Source of the DNA: Gammaproteobacteria bacterium
Lineage (GTDB): Bacteria > Pseudomonadota > Gammaproteobacteria > SZUA-140
DNA length: 64,000 nucleotides
NCBI GenBank assembly: GCA_016218365.1
Contig: JACREF010000024.1
Location: 31,712-95,711, forward strand
Direction: 5' to 3'
Part shown: one piece after another, positions 36,449-48,005 of the stretch
Position numbering within the stretch: the first letter of the stretch is position 1
How the letters are laid out: each line of letters starts with the position of its first letter
The notes under the pieces: generated by a model
The model's database searches: none
The model's input: the letters and a program-made list of their open reading frames with translations, nothing else
What the model was told of the DNA's origin: nothing
Position numbers and translations under genes: made by a program

Positions 36449-37246
36449 ATGCACCCGATCATCACCATTGCGACGCGCGCCGCCCGCCAGGCCGGGACCG
36501 TCATTATGCGCCACTACGAAAAACGCGATCAGTTGCAGGTCTCGAACAAGGCCCGCAATGACTATGTCAGCGAGGTCGACCGCCTGGCCGAACAGGCCAT
36601 TGTCGACATCCTGCGCAAGACCTATCCGGATCACGGCATCCTGGCCGAAGAAGGCGGTCATACCACCGGCGATGAACACCTGTGGATCATCGACCCGCTG
36701 GATGGCACAACCAATTTTCTGCATGGCTTTCCGCAGTTTTCGGTCTCGATCGCCCTGCAGGTCAAGGGCCGGATTGAACAGGCGGTGGTGTACAACCCTG
36801 TCAACGACGAACTGTACACGGCCTCACGTGGCCGCGGTGCCCTGATGAACAGCCGGAGGCTGCGGGTCAGCGGCGCCAAGGAACTTGAAGGGTCCCTGAT
36901 CGGCACCGGTTTCCCATTTAAGCAGCCCGAACATCTGGACTGCTACCTGCAGACCTTCCGGGCGCTTCATACCGAGGTCGCGGGTATCCGCCGCGCCGGT
37001 TCGGCGGCACTGGATCTGGCCTTTGTCGCCAGCGGCCGCCTTGATGGGTTCTGGGAGATCGGCCTCAACCCCTGGGATATGGCTGCAGGTGTGCTACTGG
37101 TTGAAGAGGCTGGCGGCCTGATCGGTGACTTTGCCGGTGGACACGATTATATGAGCAGCGGCAACATCGTTGCCGGCTCACCAAAGATATTCAAGGCCAT
37201 CCTGCAGAAGATCAGGCCCTTGCTGAGCAGCACCTTGCAAAAGTAA
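36449..37246 (+). CDS. suhB: Inositol monophosphatase family protein
   Basis: MHPIITIATRAARQAG...AEEGG...WIIDPLDGTTNFLHGFP...GGGAA-like motifs of the IMPase family are present. It is divergent from trmJ as in Pseudomonas. Confidence 0.9.
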   Translation: MHPIITIATRAARQAGTVIMRHYEKRDQLQVSNKARNDYVSEVDRLAEQAIVDILRKTYPDHGILAEEGGHTTGDEHLWIIDPLDGTTNFLHGFPQFSVSIALQVKGRIEQAVVYNPVNDELYTASRGRGALMNSRRLRVSGAKELEGSLIGTGFPFKQPEHLDCYLQTFRALHTEVAGIRRAGSAALDLAFVASGRLDGFWEIGLNPWDMAAGVLLVEEAGGLIGDFAGGHDYMSSGNIVAGSPKIFKAILQKIRPLLSSTLQK

Positions 37247-37285
37247 CGGCAATGATGGCGGCCCCTCATCGCAGCTGAGCCGAAC

Positions 37286-38107
37286 ATGACCACAGACAGC
37301 ATCCCGGTGTTTCTTTCTCCGCAGGCCCTGGTCGGCCAGACCGGAGAATACCCTGTCAGGATCTTCGATGTCTCGGCCGCAGAGACCTACCAGGACAGCC
37401 ATATCCCCGGCGCCATTGCCGTCGATCCGCAAAGCTATCTACGCAACTCACCACCGGTCATCGGCCTGCTTCCTGCACCAGGAAACATCGCCGCATTGCT
37501 GTCCAGACTCGGCATCACTCCGGAGACACGGGTGATCGCCTACGATGATCAGGGTGGCCGGGTCGCCGCGCGCCTGCTATGGACCCTGCAGGTTGCCGGC
37601 CACAAAAAGTTTGCGCTACTCGATGGCGGATTCAATAGTTGGCGCCAACATGACCTGCCGGTCACCGCTGATATCATGCATGCCACACCGTCGGCAGCGC
37701 ACTATCCGGTTCAGTTACAGCACCATCTGATTGCAGACAAGGAGTATATCCTCCGACACCTGAAGGATCCCTCGGTTACCATCGTCGATGTGCGCAACCC
37801 AGACGAATTTTACGGAATCGAGAAACGTGCCGCCCGCAATGGCCATATCCCCGGTGCGATCAATCTTCCATGGCAGCAGGTGCTCGATGGCCAACAGCAG
37901 CTGTTGCCAAAGATACAACTGCTGCGACTGTTACAAGAGAAGCATATCCTGCCGGAACATGAGCTTATCGTGCACTGCCATTCCCACCAACGCTCCGCCC
38001 ACACCTGTCTGGTGCTGCACGCACTGGGCTACCAGCGGGTCCGCGGCTACCCCGGGTCGTGGTCAGACTGGGCCAGCTACAGCGACACACCGGTCGTCTG
38101 TGACTGA
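37286..38107 (+). CDS. Tandem-rhodanese sulfurtransferase (thiosulfate/3-mercaptopyruvate sulfurtransferase)
   Basis: Two rhodanese domains are present. The active-site Cys loop is IVHCHSHQRSAHT, followed by GYPGSWSDW. Confidence 0.8.
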   Translation: MTTDSIPVFLSPQALVGQTGEYPVRIFDVSAAETYQDSHIPGAIAVDPQSYLRNSPPVIGLLPAPGNIAALLSRLGITPETRVIAYDDQGGRVAARLLWTLQVAGHKKFALLDGGFNSWRQHDLPVTADIMHATPSAAHYPVQLQHHLIADKEYILRHLKDPSVTIVDVRNPDEFYGIEKRAARNGHIPGAINLPWQQVLDGQQQLLPKIQLLRLLQEKHILPEHELIVHCHSHQRSAHTCLVLHALGYQRVRGYPGSWSDWASYSDTPVVCD

Positions 38108-38169
38108 GGCTGCCAGCACCGCCCGGGGGATGCTAGAATTGGCCATTCCCGAACACAGCTGGCCATTCC

Positions 38170-40782
38170 ATGGACTCCACCGCACCGGCAATCTCCGGCA
38201 CTGCCCGACACACCCCGATGATGGAGCAGTATCTGCGCATCAAGCGCGCCCATCCCGGCATGCTGCTGTTTTACCGGATGGGCGATTTCTATGAATTATT
38301 TTACGAGGATGCCCGCCGTGCCGCCGAGCTGCTCGACATCACGCTGACCAGCCGCGGCCACTCAGCGGGCCAACCCATCCCGATGGCCGGCATCCCGTAT
38401 CATGCCGCTGAGAGCTATCTGGCACGGCTGGTGTCACGCGGCGAGTCGGTCGCCATCTGCGAACAGATCGGCGATCCGCAGGTCAGCAAGGGCCCGGTTG
38501 ATCGTCAGGTGGTGCGGATCATCACCCCCGGCACGCTGACCGATGAGGCGCTGCTCAGTGAACGCCGCGAAACCCTGCTGCTGGCCCTGCACGAAGCGAC
38601 CGGAAATTATGGCCTGGCAACGCTGGACCTGGCCGCCGGGCGCATCTCACTGATCCAGTGCACAAACTGGGAGGCGGCACGTGATGAACTGGAACGGCTG
38701 AAGCCCGCAGAGCTGCTGATCAGTGAGGATGCCACGTGCCTGGCCGCTCTGGGCAAACGTCCCGGCCTGCGGCGGATGCCGCCATGGTATTTCGATCTTG
38801 ATACCGCAACACGCTCCTTATGCGAGCAATTCGCCACGCATGATCTGCGCGGCTTCGGTTGCGATGACCAGCCACTGGCCCTGATCGCCGCCGGTTGCCT
38901 GTTGCATTATGCCGGTGAGACGCAACGCACCCGGCTGCCGCACCTGCACACCTTGCAGGTTGAACGGCGCGACGAGGCGCTGCTCCTCGATGCCATCAGC
39001 CGTCGCAATCTGGAACTGGAATACACGCTGTCGGGCGGCACTGAGCATACGCTGCTGTGGATCATAGACCGTACCGCCAACCCGATGGGCGGCCGGCTGC
39101 TGCAACGCTGGCTCGGCCGGCCACTGCGCGATCACGCACTGTTGCGTCAACGCTACGCCGCCGTCAGCACCCTGATGACCGACAACCTCCATCATTCCCT
39201 GCAGCGTATCCTCCGCGCAACCGGCGATATTGAACGGATACTGGCGCGGATTGCCCTGCGCTCGGCCCGGCCACGTGATTTGGCGCGGCTGCGCGATGCA
39301 CTGGCGCAGCTGCCGGAAATCGGCCTGCTGCTGCACGGCGCGTCAGATCATATCGGCAAACTGCTGGCCACCAGCGGACAGTATCCGGAACTGCACGCAT
39401 TGCTGGATCGTGCCATCATCGAAAATCCGCCGATGCTGATCCGCGATGGCGGCGCCATCGCCAGCGGCTATGATGCTGAACTCGATGAACTGCGCCAGCT
39501 CAGCGAACATGCCGATGGCTTTCTTCTTGATCTGGAGCGCCGCGAACGCGAGTGTACCGGCATCAGTTCGTTGAAGGTCAGTTACAACCGGGTCCACGGT
39601 TACTACATCGAGATCACCAACAGCCATGCCCAGCGGGTCCCTGATCATTATCAGCGGCGCCAGACGCTGAAGGGTGCCGAGCGCTACATCACACCGGAGC
39701 TGAAATCCTTTGAGGACAAGGTGCTCAGCGCCCGTGAGCGCGCGCTGAGTCGCGAGAAGGCATTATATGAAGAGCTGCTCGACCAGTTATTACCGCATGT
39801 GCCTTCCCTACAGCACAGCGCCAATGCGCTGGCTGAATTGGACGTGCTGGGCTGTTTTGCCCAGCTCGCTGACACATTGAATCTGTGTGAACCTGAGCTA
39901 AGCAGCCATGAAGGGCTCTCCATCATCGGAGGGCGTCATCTGGTCGTCGAGGCCGTCTCCGACACCCCGTTCATCCCCAATGACGTTGAATTCGATCCGC
40001 AACAGCGCATGCTGATCATCACCGGCCCGAATATGGGCGGTAAATCGACCTATATGCGGCAAACTGCCCTGATCACGATCCTGGCCCATATTGGCTGTTT
40101 CGTCCCGGCCAGCCGTGCCAGTTTCGGCCCGCTCGATCGCATCTTTACCCGCATTGGCGCCTCCGATGAACTGGCCAGCGGCCGCTCCACCTTCATGATG
40201 GAGATGACCGAGACCGCCAACATCCTCAATAATGCCACTGCGCACAGCCTGGTGCTGATGGACGAGATCGGACGTGGTACCAGTACCTTTGATGGCCTGT
40301 CTCTGGCCTGGGCCTGTGCCCGACATCTGGCTGCCAGCTTGCGCGCCTATACAATGTTTGCGACCCATTATTTTGAACTGACCACGCTGACTGACACCCT
40401 GCCGGGTGTCAGTAATGTCCACCTGAGCGCCGTCGAACACGGCGACCGGATCGTCTTTCTGCATGCCGTGAAACAAGGTCCGGCCAGCCAGAGCTATGGT
40501 CTGCAGGTCGCCGCCCTAGCCGGCATCCCGCGCCAGGTCATCGCCCAGGCCAATGAGTACCTGCAGCAACTGGAGCAGCATGCCCATACCGATCGGCCCG
40601 ATGCCGGGGTTGAAGTCCAGATGCCATTATTCTCGGCACAGCCCCACCAGGCCGCCATTGATGCGCTGCGGGCCTTGCACCCGGATCAGATGACCCCGCG
40701 CCAGGCGCTGGAGGCACTGTATCACCTGCAAACCCTGCTGGCATCACCCGGCGAGCAGGCTCGCCATCCCGGCCTTTTGTGA
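38170..40782 (+). CDS. mutS: DNA mismatch repair protein MutS
   Basis: [35 protein letters not shown] is the mismatch-binding domain. [13 protein letters not shown] is the Walker A motif. STFMMEM and [12 protein letters not shown] are also present. Confidence 0.95.
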   Translation: MDSTAPAISGTARHTPMMEQYLRIKRAHPGMLLFYRMGDFYELFYEDARRAAELLDITLTSRGHSAGQPIPMAGIPYHAAESYLARLVSRGESVAICEQIGDPQVSKGPVDRQVVRIITPGTLTDEALLSERRETLLLALHEATGNYGLATLDLAAGRISLIQCTNWEAARDELERLKPAELLISEDATCLAALGKRPGLRRMPPWYFDLDTATRSLCEQFATHDLRGFGCDDQPLALIAAGCLLHYAGETQRTRLPHLHTLQVERRDEALLLDAISRRNLELEYTLSGGTEHTLLWIIDRTANPMGGRLLQRWLGRPLRDHALLRQRYAAVSTLMTDNLHHSLQRILRATGDIERILARIALRSARPRDLARLRDALAQLPEIGLLLHGASDHIGKLLATSGQYPELHALLDRAIIENPPMLIRDGGAIASGYDAELDELRQLSEHADGFLLDLERRERECTGISSLKVSYNRVHGYYIEITNSHAQRVPDHYQRRQTLKGAERYITPELKSFEDKVLSARERALSREKALYEELLDQLLPHVPSLQHSANALAELDVLGCFAQLADTLNLCEPELSSHEGLSIIGGRHLVVEAVSDTPFIPNDVEFDPQQRMLIITGPNMGGKSTYMRQTALITILAHIGCFVPASRASFGPLDRIFTRIGASDELASGRSTFMMEMTETANILNNATAHSLVLMDEIGRGTSTFDGLSLAWACARHLAASLRAYTMFATHYFELTTLTDTLPGVSNVHLSAVEHGDRIVFLHAVKQGPASQSYGLQVAALAGIPRQVIAQANEYLQQLEQHAHTDRPDAGVEVQMPLFSAQPHQAAIDALRALHPDQMTPRQALEALYHLQTLLASPGEQARHPGLL

Positions 40783-40834
40783 TTAACATAGACACATGCC
40801 CTGATCCGGTGTCTCAAGCAGAAAGGAGTCCCTC

Positions 40835-41158
40835 ATGACCTTTGTCGTCACAGATGAATGCATCCGCTGTAAATACACTGACTGTGTCGAGGTCTGCCCG
40901 GTCGACTGTTTTCACGAGGGGCCGAACTTCCTGGTCATCGATCCGGATGAATGCATCGATTGCACATTATGTGAACCTGAATGTCCGGCGGCGGCCATCC
41001 ATGCCGAGGATGATGTGCCCGACCATCAGCAGCAGTTCATCGCCCTGAATGCCGAGCTCGCCAAGCAGTGGCCTGTCATCAGCGAGAAAAAAGACCCTCC
41101 TGCTGACGCTGAGGAGTGGGTCAATGTAAAGGACAAACTGCAATACCTTGAGCGTTGA
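40835..41158 (+). CDS. fdxA: 7Fe ferredoxin (Azotobacter FdxA type)
   Basis: [29 protein letters not shown]...[12 protein letters not shown] are [3Fe-4S][4Fe-4S] cysteine motifs. It sits next to mutS as in Pseudomonas. Confidence 0.9.
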   Translation: MTFVVTDECIRCKYTDCVEVCPVDCFHEGPNFLVIDPDECIDCTLCEPECPAAAIHAEDDVPDHQQQFIALNAELAKQWPVISEKKDPPADAEEWVNVKDKLQYLER

Positions 41159-44147
41159 ATCCCAGCCCGTAACACCGACGCAGCACCGCATCATCATCGT
41201 CGCGGGTCACGATGATCCGCTGGATTGCCTGGTCGAATATCTCAGACAACAGATAAATCAGCCGTCGAACCTGACCCATTGCACCGTCATTGTCCCGCCG
41301 GTTGCACCGCACTCGCATATCCGGAACCACCTGCTGACTGGCATCGGTAGCCCGGCGTTGCTGGGCCCCGAGATCTGTTCGCTGCAGCAGTGGCTGGCAC
41401 GCAGTGCGCCACTATCAGTCCCGGTAATGCCTACCCGTACCAGTGAACTGATGCTCGCCGAGGCATTGCAACAACACCCGGAGCTGGTCGGGGACAACAA
41501 TCTGTGGGCACTGACCGACAGCCTGCTGACCTTCTTCGAGCAGTTGTCAGCCTGGCACGTCACTCTGCCACAGGATCTTGATGACTTCACCGATCTGCTG
41601 GCCAGGGGATATCACTATCTGTCAGCCCCTGCAGCACCACTGAACCAGGAGGCACGCATCGTCCACACCCTGTGGCAGGCCTTCACCAAACAACAAGCCG
41701 GCGAAGGTTATACTGACGAACATACGCTACATGCCCTACGCTTGCATGCCAGCCTGCAGCGCATCCCCGATGGTACACAGCTGATCCTGCTGTGTCCGCT
41801 CCAGCTGACCCCGGTCGAGGTCACCTGGGCCAGGACCCTGCTCGATTGCGGCAGACTGACCATTATCGTGCACGGTGAACTGCCCACCACCAATACGACC
41901 CCATCACACCCTGACAGCCCGCTGGCACAACTGCTGGACACGCTCGGGACCGCCCATACTCACTATCAACGCACTGTCCCCAATCATTATTATCAATTCC
42001 TGAACACCACCTTCGCCCCACACGTCTATCGAGACCCTGCGCAGGCCATCACACCTGCCGCCCCCTCCCTGTTACAACGCGCCCAGGGATTTGCTGCGGA
42101 CTGCCCGCGCAGTCCGCTTCAGGACAGGATCACCGTCTACAAAGGGGATAATGCCGAACAGGAGGCGCGCGCCGTCGACATCCAGGTCCGGCGCTGGCTG
42201 CAAGACGGTAAGCATAACATCGGCATTATCTGCGAAGACCGGCGGCTGGCGCGCCGACTGCGTGCGCTGCTGGAACGTGCCGGTATCACGCTCCAAGACC
42301 GTTCCGGCTGGGCACTGTCGACAACACGGGCCGCGGCAACCCTGGAGGCGATGCTGCAGACTGCTGAGGAAGATTATGCCCACCTGCCACTGCTGGATCT
42401 GCTGAAATCCCCCTACTTTGTCCTAGAGCAGTCGCCGGGGCTGTCACTGGCAACGGTGTTTCAGCTTGAGCAGGATATCATCCGGCGCGAAAACATCGCC
42501 CGAGGACTGCAACGCTATCGCCAGCATATCCAGTTTCGTCAGCGACGCGCCGCACAACATACCGACCAGGATGCCCCGCTGTTAAAACTACTGGATCTCG
42601 TCGAGTCATTATGCGCCCCACTGACACCATTTCTCACCGGCCGCCATCCGCCAGCGAGGATACTGTCTGCAATGCTGTGCGGCCTGGAGACAAGTGGAAT
42701 GCTACAACGCCTGGATAACGATCCGGCTGGCGCGCGACTGATCGAGGAGATCCGTCTGCTGCAACGGTCCCTGATCGGCCGCAGCCTAGACATGAGCTGG
42801 CAGGAGTTCCGCGCCTGGTTTGGCCGGGCACTGGAAAAGGCCCATTTCATCATTGGTGCCGACCCATCACCGGTACAGCTGCTGACGCTGGAACAGTCCC
42901 CGCTCGCCAGGTTTGATGCCGTGATCATCACCAGCACGGATCTGACTCACCTTCCCGGCAAGGTCCCACCCACGCCGTTTTTCAATGACGCTGTACGCAG
43001 AGAGCTTGGATTACCCACCAGCGCTGTGGTCCACAGCCATCGCCTCCATCATTTCCTGACCCTGCTCAGCCAGGCAACACGGCTACTGATGACCTGGCAT
43101 CAGGACAGCAACAGCGATGACGCGCTACCCAGCCCATGGCTGGAACTGATCCAGACCTTCCATGATCTTGCCTATAAAACATCATTGCTTGATCACGAGC
43201 TGCGCCGACTGGTATTGCGTCACGACAGCCAGATCTGCGATCGCCAGGCAGCCCTGCCCAGGCCCAGCCTCCGCCCGCGCCCTGTACCGGTCGCCAATGA
43301 ACTGCCGGACGACATGACTGCCAGCATGTATCAAAACCTGGTCAACTGTCCCTATCGGTTCTTTGCCGCCCACATACTCAAGCTACGCGCCCCGGATCGG
43401 GTGCGTGAAATCATGGAACGGGCGGATTTTGGCAGCCGCATCCATCAGGTTCTGCAACAATTCCACTCCGGGCCTGTGAGCGCCGTTACCGCCGACCGCA
43501 CCCAGCTGTTGCAGCGCCTGAATGCCATATCACGCGCAGTATTCTCCAGCGATATCGAAGATAATCCGGAGCACCGCAACTGGCTGAACCACTGGCTGGA
43601 ATGTACCCCGCACTATGTCGATTGGTTACTCGATTGCCTGGCCGACAGCGCCATCACCAAGATAGAGTCCGAGATCTCCATGATCCAGACTGGTGATGAC
43701 AGCTGCGGCACCTTGCGGGGAAAGATCGATCGCATTGATCATACCGCTGATGGAATCACCATCATTGACTACAAGACCGGACAACTGCCCTCGATGCCCG
43801 ACATCATCGCGGGGGAAAATGTCCAGCTGCCTTACTATGCGCTGCTGGCTGGACAGCCGCGTTGCCAAACCGTTTATCTCGGCCTGCTGCAGCGTGACAA
43901 ACATGGCCAGCCCGTGATCAGCGAGCAGCGGCTGGACATCGCCACCACCTCGACGCTTGCATTACAACACTTCGATAGACTGTCCAGACTGCGTTCTGCG
44001 CTAAACTCCGGAGCCGGCATGCCCGCCTGGGGAGACGAAGCTACCTGTGCACGCTGTGATATGCAGGGGGTGTGCCGTAAACAGAGCTGGCATGATCATG
44101 GTGTCCCACTCCCTATGATGAGCGACTCCATAATGGCAGGTGAATGA
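41148..44147 (+). CDS. addB: AddB-like subunit of an AddAB-type helicase-nuclease. It has a degenerate N-terminal nucleotide-binding region and a C-terminal PD-(D/E)XK nuclease with an Fe-S Cys cluster.
   Basis: 999 aa with no Walker A. The C-terminus carries a RecB-family nuclease core ([22 protein letters not shown]) and terminal cysteines ([11 protein letters not shown]), typical of AddB iron-staple nucleases. It is immediately followed by, and translationally coupled to, a UvrD-type helicase-nuclease. The TTG start overlaps fdxA by 11 nt. Confidence 0.65.
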   Translation: MSVESQPVTPTQHRIIIVAGHDDPLDCLVEYLRQQINQPSNLTHCTVIVPPVAPHSHIRNHLLTGIGSPALLGPEICSLQQWLARSAPLSVPVMPTRTSELMLAEALQQHPELVGDNNLWALTDSLLTFFEQLSAWHVTLPQDLDDFTDLLARGYHYLSAPAAPLNQEARIVHTLWQAFTKQQAGEGYTDEHTLHALRLHASLQRIPDGTQLILLCPLQLTPVEVTWARTLLDCGRLTIIVHGELPTTNTTPSHPDSPLAQLLDTLGTAHTHYQRTVPNHYYQFLNTTFAPHVYRDPAQAITPAAPSLLQRAQGFAADCPRSPLQDRITVYKGDNAEQEARAVDIQVRRWLQDGKHNIGIICEDRRLARRLRALLERAGITLQDRSGWALSTTRAAATLEAMLQTAEEDYAHLPLLDLLKSPYFVLEQSPGLSLATVFQLEQDIIRRENIARGLQRYRQHIQFRQRRAAQHTDQDAPLLKLLDLVESLCAPLTPFLTGRHPPARILSAMLCGLETSGMLQRLDNDPAGARLIEEIRLLQRSLIGRSLDMSWQEFRAWFGRALEKAHFIIGADPSPVQLLTLEQSPLARFDAVIITSTDLTHLPGKVPPTPFFNDAVRRELGLPTSAVVHSHRLHHFLTLLSQATRLLMTWHQDSNSDDALPSPWLELIQTFHDLAYKTSLLDHELRRLVLRHDSQICDRQAALPRPSLRPRPVPVANELPDDMTASMYQNLVNCPYRFFAAHILKLRAPDRVREIMERADFGSRIHQVLQQFHSGPVSAVTADRTQLLQRLNAISRAVFSSDIEDNPEHRNWLNHWLECTPHYVDWLLDCLADSAITKIESEISMIQTGDDSCGTLRGKIDRIDHTADGITIIDYKTGQLPSMPDIIAGENVQLPYYALLAGQPRCQTVYLGLLQRDKHGQPVISEQRLDIATTSTLALQHFDRLSRLRSALNSGAGMPAWGDEATCARCDMQGVCRKQSWHDHGVPLPMMSDSIMAGE

Positions 44148-47100
44148 TGAACATCGTCGCCCTGGCCTGCGCACCCGAACATAATATTTCAGTCATGGCT
44201 TCAGCAGGCACAGGCAAGACCTGGCTGCTGGTGACGCGGCTGATCCGGTTGTTAATGGCCGGAGCGCCACCGACATCACTGCTGGCCATTACCTTCACCC
44301 GCAAAGCGGCAACCGAGATGCGTACGCGCCTGATGCAGCGCCTGCTCGAAATGGCCGCAGCAGATGATGCCGCACTCCGGAGACTACTGGATGAAATCGG
44401 TGCCGATACAGAGCCTCATACCATGTCGATGGCACGCAATCTCTACGAGACCCTGCTGCGCAGCGAACATCCAGTCCGCATCACAACCTTTCATGCCTTC
44501 TGTCAGGATATCCTGCAGCGCTTTCCTGTCGAGGCGGGCATCCCGGCCGGATTTGACTTACTGGAGGCCAGCGGTTTGATCGAACAGGAGGCCTGGGATG
44601 CTTTATGGGCGGAATCCACCACGCCAACTGGCAAGGTCCTGACCCGGGCGCTGGACGCACTGCTGGCCCATTGCGGCAGCGTCAGCCGACTGCGCAATAT
44701 ACTGCAGGCCTTTATTGGTCACCGCAGTGACTGGTGGGCCCTGACCCATGGCCAGGCCAATGCCCTAGACGCAGCCAGGCATCATTTACAACAACAACTG
44801 GGCATTGATCCAGCAATCGATCCGACAACACATTATTTTAACCCGTCCACGGTTGCCGACCTCGCAGAATACCTCAGCCTGTTACAGCAGCATCCGACCC
44901 AAACAAATCTGTCATGCGCAGACAGGATCTCCCTCGCCCTGGAACATCACCACACTAATCCGTCTTCAGCAGTCCAACACATCATCGCTGTCTTCTTCAA
45001 GAATGACGGCGACAGGAAAAGGATCAGCGAGAGCCAGATCCTGAAAAAAAAGCTCGGGGCAACTGGAGAGCAACGCCTGATCTCGCTGCACGACCGCCTG
45101 GGTGATGACCTCGCCAGCCTCATCGATCTCAGAAACCGTCATATCACCTGGCAATTATCCAGCAACTGGTTCTACGCCGGCCAGCGCCTGCTGCAACATT
45201 TTCAGCGCATCAAGGAAGAACAACGACTGCTGGATTTTACCGACCTAGAATGGCGCACCTATCTATTGCTTAACAGCGATCATGGACTCTGGATTCAATT
45301 CAAACTGGACCAACGCATCAATCATATATTGATCGATGAATTTCAGGACACCAATCCGACCCAATGGCGTTTGCTGCAGCCATTAATTGAAGAGATGGCC
45401 CAGGGCTATCACCAGCAGCCCGGCTCACGCAGCGTCTTCCTGGTCGGCGACAGCAAGCAATCGATATACCGCTTTCGTCGCGCCAATCCCCTCCTGTTCA
45501 TTTCCGCCAGCAACTGGCTGCAGCACAACATGAACGGCCGGCAACTGTCTCTGGTGAACTCACGGCGCTCCAGCCCGGCCATCATACAATTCGTCAACAG
45601 GATCTTTTCCGGATCGGCTCTGAATGGGCAACTCGATAACTTCAAGGATCATCAGACCATCCACGACGGATTATGGGGGCGTGTTGAGGTCTTGCCTTTG
45701 ATAGCTCAGCAATCCTTTACAACCATCACAAACAGTGAAGGTGCCGGTGCGCCATTACGCAACCCGCTTGAACGGCCTCGATTGCAGCATCAAAACGAAA
45801 ATTATCATCTGGAGGGACAGCTGATTTGCCGGATCATCCATCAGCTGGTTGCCGAACAAACCTGTATCAATACCCCGGAACCTCACCTGGCAGGCTACCG
45901 TGACATGATGATCCTGGTTCGCAACCGCACCCATCTGCACTGGTATGAACAGGCATTGCGCGAGGCTGGCATTCCTTATCACAGTTCAGGCGGAGCCCCG
46001 GTAACCGAGTGCCTGGAAATACAGGACATGATTGCATTGCTGGAATCGCTGATTACACCATTTGACAACCTGGCACTGGCAAAGATATTACGCTCACCTC
46101 TGTTTGATTGCTCCGATGATGATCTGATCCGGCTGGCGCAGCTGACGACGCAGCAATCAGCCTGGCTGGATGCCCTGCATACGGCAGACACTGTGGCGCT
46201 GCAACGTGCTGCAGCGTTGCTTGATCGCTGGCGCCGCCTGGCACAACAGCTCCCGGTCCATGATCTGCTAGATCGAATATACAATGAAGGCAATGTTATC
46301 GACCGGTATCTGGCGGCCTTCCCAGCGCATCTACATAGCCGATTAACATCCAATCTGACCTATTTGCTGGAGCTGGCGCTGGAGATCGACAGCGGCCGTT
46401 ACCCGAGCCTGCCACAATTCCTTGCTCGCCTCTCCACGCTGCAGCAATATGCCATCGAAACGCTAAAGGACGCAGCCGCCGGGGGTGACAGTAACCGTGT
46501 CCGCATCCTGACGATCCACGCCGCCAAGGGACTGGAATCTCCAGTGGTATTCCTGGCCGACTGCGGGCCGCAGTCTCCCCGTCACATCTCGTTCCAGCCG
46601 GTCGTCGACTGGCCGGCACAGGCCGGTCGACCCGAGTTATTTCTGCTCGCCGGCAGATCGTCCCAAACCGATCTCTGGACACAACAGCAAACCCAGCGCA
46701 TCGCTGACCTGCAACGCACCGAGGATGCCAACCTGCTGTATGTTGCTGTAACCCGGGCCAAGCAGCTGTTGTTCATCACCGGTAGCGAGGCCCGCGTACA
46801 ATCGCTTCCAAGCTGGCACAGCATCATCAGTGCCTGCATGGAAGACTGGGAGCACGTCAACCAGCAGGAACCCGGACATTACATATTTGAAACTGACTAC
46901 CGCACTACAGAGCCAAGCACCACCGCTGATCCAAGCACCCTGGATAATAATCCGCCGGCCACTGAACTTACCTTGCCACTGCAGCCATTTTCCACGGCCG
47001 CAACACTGCTGCCATCTTCTTCAAGTCTGCCCACCGCTGAGAACCTGGCATCTCAACGCCGTGGCCAGGCGATCCATCGCATGCTTGAACTGCTGACCGG

Positions 47101-47596
47101 CAATCCGGATGCATCACATCAGGAGATCCTGTCTGGCTGTGCACATGCTTATGGCCTGACCGCAGATGATCCGAGGCTTGCCGACTGGCTGCAGGAGGCC
47201 TGCAACGTCATCGCTCATCCGGACCTGCGCCACTGGTTTGACCCTCAATGTTACCAGCGGGCCTGGAATGAAATATCCATCAGCTTTATCGAAGATGGCA
47301 GGCCCGTACAGGGCATCATCGACCGCCTGATTGAAAGCGATCATGGAATAATCATCATTGATTACAAGACCCATATCGAGGCCACGCCACCCAACGCCGC
47401 CACACTTGCCAGACCCTATCAGCCCCAGATGTACTGGTATGCCGCTGGCATACGCCGGATCTGGCCATCTGCTGCCATACGTTGCATCGCGATCTTTACC
47501 CGTTGCGCCTGTTACTATGAGTTTGCCGACACCGCGGATTACCAAATCGCCAGTACACCTGTCGGCGATTTGGTAATTGCCACCGACAATATATAG
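44144..47596 (+). CDS. addA: AddA-like UvrD/PcrA-family helicase with C-terminal RecB-type nuclease domain
   Basis: Walker A is ASAGTGKTWLLV. UvrD motifs are LLAITFTRKAATEMRTRL, ILIDEFQDTNPTQWRL, VGDSKQSIYRFRRA and LTIHAAKGLESPVVFL. The C-terminal nuclease motif is GIIDRLIESDHGIIIIDYKTH. The length is 1150 aa, and ATGATG overlaps the addB stop. Confidence 0.75.
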   Translation: MMNIVALACAPEHNISVMASAGTGKTWLLVTRLIRLLMAGAPPTSLLAITFTRKAATEMRTRLMQRLLEMAAADDAALRRLLDEIGADTEPHTMSMARNLYETLLRSEHPVRITTFHAFCQDILQRFPVEAGIPAGFDLLEASGLIEQEAWDALWAESTTPTGKVLTRALDALLAHCGSVSRLRNILQAFIGHRSDWWALTHGQANALDAARHHLQQQLGIDPAIDPTTHYFNPSTVADLAEYLSLLQQHPTQTNLSCADRISLALEHHHTNPSSAVQHIIAVFFKNDGDRKRISESQILKKKLGATGEQRLISLHDRLGDDLASLIDLRNRHITWQLSSNWFYAGQRLLQHFQRIKEEQRLLDFTDLEWRTYLLLNSDHGLWIQFKLDQRINHILIDEFQDTNPTQWRLLQPLIEEMAQGYHQQPGSRSVFLVGDSKQSIYRFRRANPLLFISASNWLQHNMNGRQLSLVNSRRSSPAIIQFVNRIFSGSALNGQLDNFKDHQTIHDGLWGRVEVLPLIAQQSFTTITNSEGAGAPLRNPLERPRLQHQNENYHLEGQLICRIIHQLVAEQTCINTPEPHLAGYRDMMILVRNRTHLHWYEQALREAGIPYHSSGGAPVTECLEIQDMIALLESLITPFDNLALAKILRSPLFDCSDDDLIRLAQLTTQQSAWLDALHTADTVALQRAAALLDRWRRLAQQLPVHDLLDRIYNEGNVIDRYLAAFPAHLHSRLTSNLTYLLELALEIDSGRYPSLPQFLARLSTLQQYAIETLKDAAAGGDSNRVRILTIHAAKGLESPVVFLADCGPQSPRHISFQPVVDWPAQAGRPELFLLAGRSSQTDLWTQQQTQRIADLQRTEDANLLYVAVTRAKQLLFITGSEARVQSLPSWHSIISACMEDWEHVNQQEPGHYIFETDYRTTEPSTTADPSTLDNNPPATELTLPLQPFSTAATLLPSSSSLPTAENLASQRRGQAIHRMLELLTGNPDASHQEILSGCAHAYGLTADDPRLADWLQEACNVIAHPDLRHWFDPQCYQRAWNEISISFIEDGRPVQGIIDRLIESDHGIIIIDYKTHIEATPPNAATLARPYQPQMYWYAAGIRRIWPSAAIRCIAIFTRCACYYEFADTADYQIASTPVGDLVIATDNI

Positions 47597-47919
47597 AAAT
47601 ACACCAGCATCGCCAGACACCATGCCGTCACCTTGACGGTCTGGGGAAAATTTGGCCTGAAGGCGATCAGGCCCAACATGATATACACTATCAATGCCAC
47701 CACCTTTGCCGTCAGCCAGGACTGAACAAGCGGGTATTGGCCAAGCATAATCATCAGACCCACCGCGCTGACCAGCAACACCGTATCATTGACATGGGGC
47801 ACTATCCTAAGCCAGCGCTGTTGCAAGCGCCCAGAACCTTGCACCATCCATATGCCACGCACGGCAAACAGTGAAATGCTGACCAAAACGGTCACTTGAT
47901 GTATGATTTTGAGCGCCAT
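47539..47919 (-). CDS. Small 4-TM membrane protein, SirB2/YchQ-like
   Basis: 126 aa with four hydrophobic helices. The overall pattern resembles the SirB2 family. It overlaps the addA 3' end convergently by about 58 nt. Confidence 0.45.
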   Translation of the reverse strand: MALKIIHQVTVLVSISLFAVRGIWMVQGSGRLQQRWLRIVPHVNDTVLLVSAVGLMIMLGQYPLVQSWLTAKVVALIVYIMLGLIAFRPNFPQTVKVTAWCLAMLVYFYILSVAITKSPTGVLAIW

Positions 47920-48005
47920 GTCACAATATCTCCAAGTGGTTATCTATACTGTTTATAGAGCCGGATATCTCGATACATCACGGTACAACCAACCGGGGAG
48001 GTCAC

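Noticed and set aside
47941-47990. Possible sigma-28 (FliA) promoter upstream of the 78-aa ORF (gccggatat resembling GCCGATAA)
   Set aside because: No acceptable TAAAGTTT -35 lies at the required 11-nt spacing. Only a partial match exists, with a 5-nt spacer.
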